Shown here: one piece after another, positions 14,748 to 25,340 of the stretch
Position numbering within the stretch: the stretch's first letter is position 1
How the letters are laid out: the number at the start of each line of letters is the position of its first letter
Source of the DNA: Lytechinus pictus
Lineage: Eukaryota
Direction: 5' to 3'
NCBI RefSeq assembly: GCF_037042905.1
Contig: NC_087251.1
Coordinates: forward strand, 5,892,001-5,956,000
DNA: 64,000 nt
Program-made: the position numbers and the translations under genes
The notes under the pieces: generated by a model
The model's input: the letters and a program-made list of their open reading frames with translations, nothing else
Database searches by the model: none
What the model was told of the DNA's origin: nothing

Positions 14748-15086
14748 ATCACTCACTGGTCTGGCTAGCTTCCTATGGGGGCTGGTGCCCTTATTTGCTA
14801 GAGCTCCTGTGAGTACTAAGCTGAACGGGCTAGCTCCTTAAATTGTTGGTGAACGGAGCAGCAAGCAAGAGGGTACCAGGCCCTACCAGGATGTAGCTAG
14901 AATTCCAGTGGGTGATGCAAAACTGTAGTAGTAACTTAAGATCTCTTTTTTTCTTTCTCATATTTTTATTATGTATTTATATTTATCCAAAGAAACTGTT
15001 GCTGCGCTAGTGCCATGGGCATCTCTGGACGGTGTGTGCACTCAATAAGACATCACTATTATTAATTATCATTATCGTTATTATTA
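14748..15086 (+). mobile_element. Probable 3' UTR/tail of a non-LTR retroelement containing a long fold-back
   Basis: 169-nt imperfect hairpin (14748-14916), then a GC-richer segment ending ...caataagacatcac followed by a degenerate (TTA)n tail as in L2/CR1-type 3' ends. Confidence 0.4.
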
Positions 15087-16012
15087 CAAGGGAAAACAAA
15101 TTAGGTTTTTTCATGTTCATTGTTGACAGCTGGTGTTGAGCAGATTTTTACAGCATTAGCACAGCACTGGACTTAGACAAGATTTGTATCTAGACTGGTC
15201 CCGCTAAGTATTGAGCAATCAATGCAATCAATGATATAATGAGTATCATTTTTATAAACCCTGATTTAGTTTTGTTTCCAAGTAAGGCAATCAGATTCAA
15301 GTGGATCCAACACCATACTTAACATCAACCATTCTCTGCTTGTAACATTCCACCATATTGGTAGTCATGATTCTATATCTAAGGGATGGGATGTCTCCTT
15401 TCATAAAATATTGAACTTTCAGGGGGTCATTTTTTACCAGTGCCAACTTTATCCTAGTTTATATGTATCAATTTTTCTCCACTGTCCTTCCTTTTCATTT
15501 TCTCTTAATTTTGAATTCTTGAATTCTTCAGAGAGTCACAAAGTTTTTTTTTTTTCACTCACACTAAAGTCAAAATATGTTTGGTTGCATTGGAAGTTTC
15601 AGGATATACATTGGACCTGAAGTGGTTATTGTGGTTTAGAGGAATCAAAGCAGAATAATGAGTGTCCTTTATTGGATATCTTTATCTTGAATGTCTATTT
15701 GTTCAGTTTATGATTTAGATAATCTTGAGTAGATGTGAAATACTTTCAGATGGGCCAGTTGCTGATTGTATTCAAATTTATAAAGTACGATGTCTTCTTT
15801 CAAAATCTCTTATGCAGACTGATCATTTCTCTGCATACTTATTACAAAGAACACACCATAGGAGACTCTGCACCCCCCCCCCCCCCCTGCAGAAGTTACT
15901 TACATAGCCACAAATTTTCTCGGTATAGGCTATGTATTGCCTCCAAATATGGGTGACAGAAGTTTACTTTGGTAGTTCGCTGTTTGTTTATTAAGTCCTC
16001 GGCAAACTATAT

Positions 16013-17787
16013 ATTTGATTTGATTTTATTTCAGCATTTTTCCAACAGAAATAATTAACAAACATAATGTACAACATAAAGAAAAAAATAGTGATACATT
16101 TCTTTTTACAAAAATAAATACAAATAATCATTCATTTGCAAAAATGTATATAGATAGTATTAGTTTGCAATATTATAAATTGTACTTTGTTGAGTAGACA
16201 AAAAAAAAATGCTGGAGACCGCTACCATAAGCAGTGCTTGACTAGGGTAGCGGCCTCAAAACGTATTAGCGAAATAGACAAAAAAGAACGAAGTACAAAT
16301 CAAGCATTGACTTAAATTAATTATAAACAGATATTATTAATACGATATTTACATGCAAGAACCTTGTATGCCTGATATTATGTGCACATTTGACGTATTT
16401 GCATGTGTTTGTGCATGTGCAAACGTTTGCGCGTGTGCAAATGTATATTTAAAATTGTATGTGTATGTATAAGTGTGTGTGTGTGTGTTGAGAGTGGGTG
16501 TGCGTGTATGTGTGTCGGTATATGAGGGTGTGGGGGTAGTATTAATTAGGAATTATTGAATGGTTCCAGGATACAGCTTGAAATGATAGAAAAGTTTAAT
16601 ACTATGACTTAACTTTTTGTCTCACCTGCATAGCAGAGTGAGACTATAGGCGCCGCTTTTCCGACGGCGACGGCGGCGGCGGCGTCAACACCAAATCTTA
16701 ACCTGAGGTTAAGTTTTTGAAATGACAGCATAACTTAGAAAGTATATGGACCTAGTTCATGAAACTTGGCCATAAGGTTAATCAAGTATTACTGAACATC
16801 CTGCCTGAGTTTCATGTCACATGACCAAGGTCAAAGGTCATTTAGGGTCAATGAACTTAGACCATGTTGGGGGAATCAACATCAAAATCTTAACCTAAGG
16901 TTAAGTTTTTGAAATGTCATCATAACTTAGAAAATATATGGACCTAGTTCATGAAACTTATACATAAGGTTAATCAAGTATCACTGAACATCCTGCATGA
17001 GTTTCACATCACATGACCAAGGTCAAAGGTCATTTAGGGTCAATGAACTTTTGCCGAATTGGGGGTATCTGTTGAATTACCATCATAACTTTGATAGTTT
17101 ATGGATCTGATTCATGAAACTTGGACATAATAGTAATCAAGTATTACTGAACATCCTGTGCAAGTTTCAGGTCACATGATCAAGGTCAAAGGTCATTTAG
17201 GGTCAATGAACTTTGGCCAAATTGGGGTATTTGTTGAATTACAGCCATAAATTTGAAAGTGTGTTGGTCTAGTTCATAAAACTTATTCATAATAGTAATC
17301 AAGTATCACTGAACATCCTGTGCGAGTTTCAGGTCACATGATCAAGGTCAAAGGTCATGTAAGGTCAAAGAACTTTGGCCACGTTGGGGGTATTTGTTGA
17401 ATTGCCATCATATCTCTATAAGTGTATTGGTCTAGTTCATAAAACGTGGAAATAAGAGTAACCAAGTATCACTGAACATCTTGTGCGAGTTATAGTAGTT
17501 TTCAAAATCAGCACTGCTGCTATATTGAATCGCGTGATGCAGGTGAGACGGCCAGAGGCATTCCACTTGTTTCATTTTCTGATGTAACAGTTTATGAGAT
17601 CAGATAGAAATTAAAAATTTACCAAGAAAATTGAAAATTGACCAAGACCCATAGAACTCTTTTTATATATATGCATAAATTATTCAGAATTGTATTTGCA
17701 TGTCATAAATTTTTTAAAGGATGATTTGAATGAGTTAAGAGAGGGACATTGTTTTAAGTATTGTGGTAAGGAATTCCAGGTATCTGG
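16013..17787 (-). mobile_element. 5'-truncated LINE (CR1/L2/Crack-like) 3' end, interrupted by a Helentron-type element
   Basis: Minus-strand 17787-17680 translates PDTWNSLPQYLKQCPSLNSFKSSFKKFMTCKYNSE*, the WNSLP...SL..FK C-terminus typical of CR1/L2 ORF2; stem-loop gagaccgctacc...ggtagcggcctc near 16215-16257; tail reads aaataaaatcaaatcaaat on the minus strand. Confidence 0.75.
16614..17572 (+). mobile_element. Non-autonomous Helentron-type element (HINE/DINE-1-like), family A copy 1
   Basis: Inserted in a T run with no TSD; 13-bp subterminal inverted repeats gtctcacctgcat (16619) / atgcaggtgagac (17537); short 5' IR gtgagac; (GGC)n microsatellite; tandem units of 192, 163 and 162 bp. Confidence 0.85.
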
Positions 17788-19124
17788 ATTGAGCCTATTG
17801 ATTGAGCCTAATACATTTGCAAAGACTGGCTATCTTTGGGAAACATTTCTGCCATGTATTTCTTCTTTAAAAATTTACAGAATTTTATGAAGACAATGAT
17901 GATTTTATGAGAAGCCTCAGCATGTTGATTTAACAACTATAGTTATTGTTTAGAGGGTTGATGTATAAGCCTGCTTCTTTATCTTTATTAGTGTTTTATC
18001 TCATAATATATATAGATATTTCCAGAGCTGACACAGTCCCTTTAATCATCCATAGCACAAGTTAGAATGATAGGATGATACAGAGAGAAAGACAGGGATG
18101 GAGAAAATAGGTGCGTGGGTGGTTTGTTTGGTCTGGTATTTGTCTGGTAGCTGTGTTAAGATAGGTCACCTGAAGGTCATAATGGCAACAGGGGATTCCC
18201 CTACTCTCTTTTTATTATGAATCAATGGCATCATGGCAGGTATTCTGCCACCAGGTCCCAGTTTTTATCACATGTTGTTATTATCCTTCTCACCTTTACA
18301 ACAGTGGGAATATCTGTGTTTTTACTTTTTAGAGACTATTTCTCATTGTTATTCTTTCCCAAGAACCTAAGTTTTTTTCTTCATAAAATACTGATAGAGA
18401 AACACAGGATGTCTGCAATTGTGAAAGTTCATTTTGCTCATTTTTTTTACAGAGGAGGAAGCTGTTTGTTTTATTGTTAGATTTTACAAACCTGTAGATA
18501 TCATATCAGAGAAAATAGTTGTCAAAACCACTTCAATTTCTCCATAGAATTATTCATCTGTGGCATATACCTTGATTCTCAAATCATACTCTGTAAAGTT
18601 CCTTTTTGACTGATCTTTCTAAAACCATTTTTGTCCTCCGGCAAGCAGTGATCTTGATTATAAAAGGATTGTGAAACTGGATCTTTGGGTCAAGTTTTTA
18701 TCCTTACAAAATGGAGAAATCAATATAATTGTATTGGCAGTTGCGCATTGGATTTTTGTAGGTCAGGTTTTCTTGATACACAATCATTACAAGGGAGTTG
18801 ATACATGTAAATCAAATCCAAGATTTGAAATATTTTGACCATCAGTGATCACCAAGTTCTCAATTGTTCTTATGGGTGTGGGGGTTTCGGGTTGGGATGG
18901 GATTGTAAATTTTTGTTTGCATATTTCTTAATTTTCATCTGAATTAATTTAAAGAAAAATGTATTTCATTGATTTTGAAGAGAGACCTATCTTCGAATTA
19001 GATACTTTGACTTTTAATAACTTTGTATTATGTATGTCAGTGTAAATGTATATTGTTTTTTAGTTAATAACCTGAAAATAAATTTTATTCATTTTTACAT
19101 GACATTAAAATATCTTAAATCTTG

Positions 19125-19403
19125 ATAATAATAATATCATAATATATTGTATAGCACACATACCCACCTTTCTAGATGCTCAAGGCACTTCTATATTTTC
19201 CCGACTAAGCTAATCTAACAATCCAAGTGCTCACAGTTTTTTGAGGACTTATTCCTGCTGTTACCCATTTACCTCACCTGGGGTGAGTGCAGCACATTGT
19301 GTATAGATTTCTTGCTGGAGGAATTAGACTACAGCTGGGATTAGAACCCATGACCTTCTGTTTTAAAGCCAGGATACTAATCCATTGGGCCACAAGGCTC
19401 CAC
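19125..19403 (-). mobile_element. tRNA-derived SINE, degenerate
   Basis: Minus-strand head gtggagccttgTGGCCCAATGG...GGTTCTAATCC (Pol III A and B boxes); body ccaggtgaggtaaatgggta; (TTA)-like tail. Confidence 0.75.
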
Positions 19404-20125
19404 ATCGAAAATTCCCGAGTTGCACTTAAGTCAGTGAATGCCTTGTATACCTCTTGTTACATATATTGCATTATAGAAATGTAAAATGTAACAGCTCTGA
19501 TATGCCCGTCAATCTTCATCAAAGTAATTCAACTAAAATAGTAATAAATTAAGTTTGCATTGAAGGAGTCAGGTCATACTTTTTTATCCCTCTTCATATA
19601 TCCAGCGTTGCCCCTATGATCACTAGCAATTAGATATCTTCCTCATAAATACATAGTCAGAAGGTCGTCTCTGTATGGCAATAATGCATCACTCAGTGAA
19701 CTGCATCTTTGCTTGACCAGCAAGGTATTCTCTATGGAGGAAAATAAGATCAGGGACAAAAGCCCTGGAAACAAACTAGATATCCAATGTAGATGGAAAC
19801 ACTCTTTATTGTGAATATGAGAATGGCCAAGGGCTAGGGCACTATATTTCATGCCTGGCAGGTTTGGGAATTGGTGTGCAAAGTCAACCCCTTGGGCTAT
19901 TTGAAAAGAAGTAGATTTAACCCTTTTCATCCTTCAGTCCAATCTCAGTGTTGGATATTTCATCTAAGTTTATTTGGGCTGCAAGGACAGTGTTTGATTT
20001 AGGGAAGGAGAGAGACTTAATGTTGGTAAATTTGCTGACCCAGAATATGCAAAAGGGTGAAAATTTGAAAGCTAGAGCATCGTCTCTTTTCCCAATTTTG
20101 TCTTTGGCCCATTTTTACTTTTGTC

Positions 20126-20575
20126 CTGGTGGGTGTTTCATAAAGCTGTTCGTAAGTTAAGAGCGACTTTAAGAATGACTGGTGATCCTTTCTTGTGGAA
20201 AATGGTATATTCATTGACGATGGTTAAACATGTAAGCGACTGACCGCGATTTCAATGCGCGTGGTCATTCAAAACGTTGTATCGCTTTTCACGTGGAAAG
20301 TCAATGCAGTGCAGATGGCCGATACAACAGTTTGGCTGACTGCGCGCATTGAAATCGCGATCAGTCAAAACATCGTAACGCTCTGCTATAGTACACGTTT
20401 CCGATGGGATTTGTGCATTTTATCAAAAATTTGTATGTCATCGCTGTGACAATCCCCTCATATCTCAGAAACTAAAATAAATTGCTTCCTAGAAATTCAG
20501 TTATGAATAGAATAGGACTTGTACATTCATTTTTCGGCAAATATCTCAAAATCAATTTTTTGACCAAAATTGACT
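20126..20575. mobile_element. Fused fragments of non-autonomous DNA transposons
   Basis: Harbinger-like left end cctggtgggtgtttcataaag with no matching right end, followed by a CpG-rich inverted repeat gactgaccgcgatttcaatgcgcg / cgcgcattgaaatcgcgatcagtc (20238-20366). Confidence 0.45.
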
Positions 20576-20716
20576 GATAAGACAGTTCGGATGAATGCTG
20601 ATGATATGTTGCACATACCACTTTTCAGTTTTTACTTTACCTTTTCCATTTAGCATGCATGTTCATGAACTCTCTATACTGAGTTGCAATATATTACTGT
20701 TATTTCATGTTTGATG

Positions 20717-22719
20717 TTTTTGTCTCACCTGCATAGCAGAGTGAGACTATAGGCACCGCTTTTCCGACGGCGGCGGTGGCGTCAACACCAACTCTTAGCC
20801 TAAGGTTTAGTTTTTGATATGACAGCATAACTTAGAAAGTATATGGACCTAGTTCATGAAACTTGGGCATAAGGTTAAGTATTATTAACCGTATCAGACA
20901 TCTGAGCAGGGCAAATTTATTACATTGTTGCCTGCTTAAGACTGGGATCAAGTTGTCGGTCAATAAATTTCCATTTGTTTAACCATGGACAAATTTATTG
21001 CCCGCTCAGGAAAGTCAATGAGAAAATGCGTGGAAATGTAGCGGGTAAAACATATCCGGGTATTCTACGTGCTTTTGTACGCGGCCTTGGACCGCGCAGT
21101 GCTATACGTCTCAATGCTAATCAAGTTGAGACAACGCTGGATCCTGCGTCCCTAGGCCAGGGATGCGTCATGTCAATTTCGTCACAATGGTAAAGTTCAG
21201 AGTCCCAGTCTGCTCAAAATGACTAGATTCCCATTCTTAAACTCTAAAATATCTAAATTTTAACGATTTTTGCTCTAGATGTCTGATTTGGTTAATAATA
21301 GCAATATCAACTGGCCTGGGGGCGAAAGGACATATATCGCCCTCACTTTGGGCAATATATGTCGTATCGCCCCGAGGCCAGTCAATATTGCTCAATAACT
21401 GAACATTCTGCCTGAGTTTCAGGTCACATGACCAAGGTCAAAGGTCATTTAGGTTCAATGAACTAAGACCATGTTGGGGGAATCAACATCAAAATCTTAA
21501 CCTAAGGTTAAGTTTTTGAAATGTCATCATAACTTAGAAAATGTATTGACTAACTTCATGAAACTTGGACATAAGGTTAATCAAGTATTACTGAACATCC
21601 TTCTTGAGTTTCACGTCACATGAACAATGTGAAAGGTCATTTAGGGTCAATGAACTTTGGCCGAATTGGGGGTATCTGTTGAATTACCATCATAACTTTA
21701 AAATTTTATGGATCTGATTCATGAAACTTGGACATAATAGTAATCAAGTATCACTGAACATCCTGTGCAAGTTTCAGGTCACATGATTAAGGTCAAAGGT
21801 CATTTAGGGTCAATGAACTTTGGCCAAATTGGGGGTATTTGTTGAACTACCATCATAACTTTGAAAGTTTATTGGTCTAGTTCATAAAACTTGGACATAA
21901 GAGATACCACATATCACTGAACATCCTGTGCGAATTTCAGGTCACATGACCAAGGTCATTTAAGGTCAATGAACTTTGGCCATGTTGGGGGTATTTGTTA
22001 AATTACCATCATAACTTTGAAATTTTATGGATCTGATTCATGAAACTTGGCCATAAGAGTAATCAAGTATCTTTGAACATCCCGTCCGAGTTTCAGGTCA
22101 CATGACCAAGGTCATTTAAGGTCAATGAACTTTGGCCATGTTGGGGGTATTTGTTGAATTACCATCATATCTCTGTAAGTGTATTGGTCTAGTTCATAAA
22201 ACGTGGACATAAGAGTAACCAAGTATCACTGAACATCTTGTGCGAGTTTCAGGTCACATGACCAAGGTCAAAGGTCAATGGACTTTGGCCATGTTGGGGG
22301 TATTTGTTGAATTACCATCATAACTCTGTAAGTATATTGGTCTAGTTCATAAAACTTGGACATAAGAGTCATCAAGTATCACTGAACATCTCATGCAAGT
22401 TTGAGGTCGCATGACCAAAGTCAAAGGTCATTTAAGGTCGTTGAACTTTTGCCATTTTAGAGGTAATTATTAGATTGCTGTCATAACTTTCAAAGTTTAT
22501 AGATATAGTGTATAAAATGTGGGTATAGGGGTAATCAAGTATCACTGACAAGTTTTAGGTCACATGATCAAAGTCAAATGTCAATGAACATAGTATTGTA
22601 TCATTATATGAATGGTGTTTTTTGTGAATAATTATTTTATAGTAGTTTGCAAAGTCAGCACTGCTGCTACATTGAATCGCGTGATGCAGGTGAGACAGCC
22701 AGAGGCATTCCACTTGTTT
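20717..22719 (+). mobile_element. Non-autonomous Helentron-type element, family A copy 2, with about 8 tandem units and a nested 514-bp insertion
   Basis: Same ends as 16614-17572 (tttttgtctcacctgcatagcagagtgagac ... atgcaggtgagac.gccagaggcattccacttgttt); units of about 153-193 bp. Confidence 0.85.
20884..21397. mobile_element. TSD-less 514-bp insertion with two abutting inverted-repeat pairs (candidate non-autonomous tyrosine-recombinase/Crypton-like element)
   Basis: Absent from the paralogous copy, whose empty site reads agtatt|actgaac near 16790; left end pairs with 21271-21300; right end pairs with 21301-21342. Confidence 0.65.
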
Positions 22720-25042
22720 AACCAGTTGTACTGCTATGAATGTAAACCTGTAAATTGTACACGATTCAGCCCTTTGGCTGCAAAGTGCAATATTAATAAA
22801 AACTTTTCAATTCAATGTCATAGCTGGCACTGTTTTGGAGATGCACAGTTACTGAATCTGTCCTTGTGTCAGACTAACAGTAACAGGTTCTCTTTTTCTT
22901 AGATACATTACCATGATGTAATTTTCTCCTGTTTTTTTATGCTTTCTGGTTTGAAACTTGCAATCAGTTTGTGAATAAGTAAGCAATGAATTCTGAGTAT
23001 GTGGATGTATTTGTTAGGGTTGGATATCTTTTCCTTCCTTGAAAGCAAAGCGCAATGAATCCCAGGGGTTTCTAATGAGGGGACACACACTGTCCTGATG
23101 CTTCATGCATTATGCATAGAAGACTGATGAAGGCTAATCATCATACTTGGCTACATCTGTTCTTCAATTGATGTGATATACAGGTTGAGAGTAAGGGGTG
23201 GGGAGCTAAACATCATTGCACATGGGTGATCTGAAGGCTACATTGCCCATAGATGATCATAGTACAGTCCCAAGTTCACAGAGTTACAAAGGGTTTTAGA
23301 GATTCCACTGTCCCCCATGATAAAAATTTGTAATTGATCTAATCAGTTTCGGCCATGGAAAGGTAAAGATCATATATAATTCGTCATCTAAAATGTTTAC
23401 AATGGTACTATCAAGAAACAAAATATGCTAATTAGCTATAAGGGTGTTGCAAGAGACTTGCAGTCCATTGTATGTCCTAAAATCAATAATAAGTCTTGTA
23501 ATTAATTGTAGATATACAATTGATTACTACTTGTCCACTTCTTGAGATGAAAATCATCGATATTGGGAAAAATGAGAGAAAATGTTTATTGCTTAAGTGC
23601 AAAGAATCCATTAACCCAACTTGATATTTTGATTTCTCGTCTGAGATAAGGACTATGAGTTGTGCTTTCATAGCACGTGCACTGTGGACTCCTGTGTTTG
23701 AACTGGTATCATGAATAATTTTCCTCAGTTTCACTTCAAAATGACTTCTAAAGCATGCTCTTTTCTGAATAAAAGGGGCTGGGTTAGCTCAGGCATGAAG
23801 CCATGAGATTGATTTCATAATGTAGCCCTCTGGTTGTGTCTTGTTAAAGAAGAATCTCAAGCTAATTGGTTTTCCAGATCAAGAATAGTGAACGTAATTG
23901 GACATCTGTGGTTGATGATGACTAGCCTTCTATAGTTGGTATTACTGTAGGTTTGGTAAGCACTGCCCAGAAAGTGCGCAAGACTAAGATAAATAAAAGA
24001 AGGAAAGAAGATTTATTAACATACATTTCCCATTATCATGTTCTTACAAGATATTAATCTGAATATTTAATGTAGTTGTGATGTATCTATCTACTTTGCT
24101 AGTTCATGTTTCATGGACTGCCTTCGAATATATATGTACACAGATTTCTTTGCGCGATAGCGCGAACCCATGTCTACTTCCACTCACACCTATATCATGC
24201 TAGCAAGTACGTTAAACTTCTTTATTTGCTGTAAATAACTGGGATATAATCATTTGATTTGCAAGTTCATTACGATTAACTTGCACGCCGAATAAAAGTA
24301 CACAATTTTCCAGCGTGCACGCGCTGCATCTCCCTATGAACGCACTATCCCAAGATCATCGTGCAAATTGGCGTCCATTCCCTCTTTTACTTTCGCCTGC
24401 CGCTGAGCACACACGTAGCTTAGTACATTCCCAAAATTGCATTTTTAAATCGTTAGTTTGACTGTTTTATCTTTGCATTTATCCCTTATTTCAATCTTTT
24501 CCTTTGGTTATAGATTGTTTAAAGTCATATCCTACCTCGCGGTGCCCTACGTGATATTTATTTCACGTTTTTATTCCATATTTCTTGTGAGTTTGAAAAC
24601 AAGATTACGTTTCCTCGCAGACGGGTTGCCTTTAACCCCCCCCCCCCCGCTGCTCCGCGCTCTCCTGTGTGTCGTGGGCGTTGATCCGACGCTTCCTTCT
24701 TCTTTATAATTCCTTATAATTCTTTTAATTCACTGACTTTACGCTTTTCGCTCCTCTCCACAGGTTCTGCTGGACTGGTAGGAGCGTCGTACCTTCTGTC
24801 TTAAACTTGTTTCAACTCTGTTGTTCTTGTTTTCAAGTTGGTTGATTGTTCCCTTTGTTTCAATCAATCCCTTTGTTCCTATTGTTCTTGTGAATTAATT
24901 AATTATTTTTAATTAATTAAAAAAAATTCTTAAACCTTGTCTTGAAAAAAAAAAAATTCACTCTTCCTCTGAGATCAGACATAGTATCTCAGCCTCTGTC
25001 GGGTATCGTGCATCATCGGCCTGCGGTCCTCTTCTTAACCAC

Positions 25043-25340
25043 ATGGCCGTTATCGGGCAGGATGCAAAAGCGTTAGGCCTTTCTGATCGTGCCTCTCAGT
25101 TGGTGATCCAGAGTCGGAGACATTTGACACTTGATCTTTACAATTCTCGTTTGGGCCGGTTCTCAGATTGGTGTACCACGCGGTCTATTGATCCTCGCAA
25201 CACTTTTATTGCCGCGATCGCGGATTTCTTTGTCCATCTTTTCGACATCGGTCGTTCGCTTTCAACCATCAGGGGTTTCCAGTCAATGATTGCCGCGTTT
25301 CATTCCAAGTTCCCAGATGGCTCTAACGTCTCGGGTCCTG
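25043..25340 (+). pseudogene. N-terminal core-binding (SAM-like) domain remnant of a DIRS tyrosine recombinase
   Basis: GLSDRASQLVIQSRRHLTLDLYNSRLGRFSDWC...DP...IADFFVHLF...STIRGFQSMIAAFH fits the DIRS recombinase pattern GLS..A..L...S.R..T...Y......F..WC...DP......DFL..LF.....STI..Y.SAI...H; no catalytic domain follows. Confidence 0.75.

Noticed and set aside
16690..17490. Regularly spaced repeats resembling a CRISPR array
   Set aside because: Whole units are homologous with no unique spacers; eukaryotic context; bounded by Helentron-type ends.
19330..19403. Possible tRNA gene on the minus strand
   Set aside because: Degenerate stems and continuation into a SINE body and tail.
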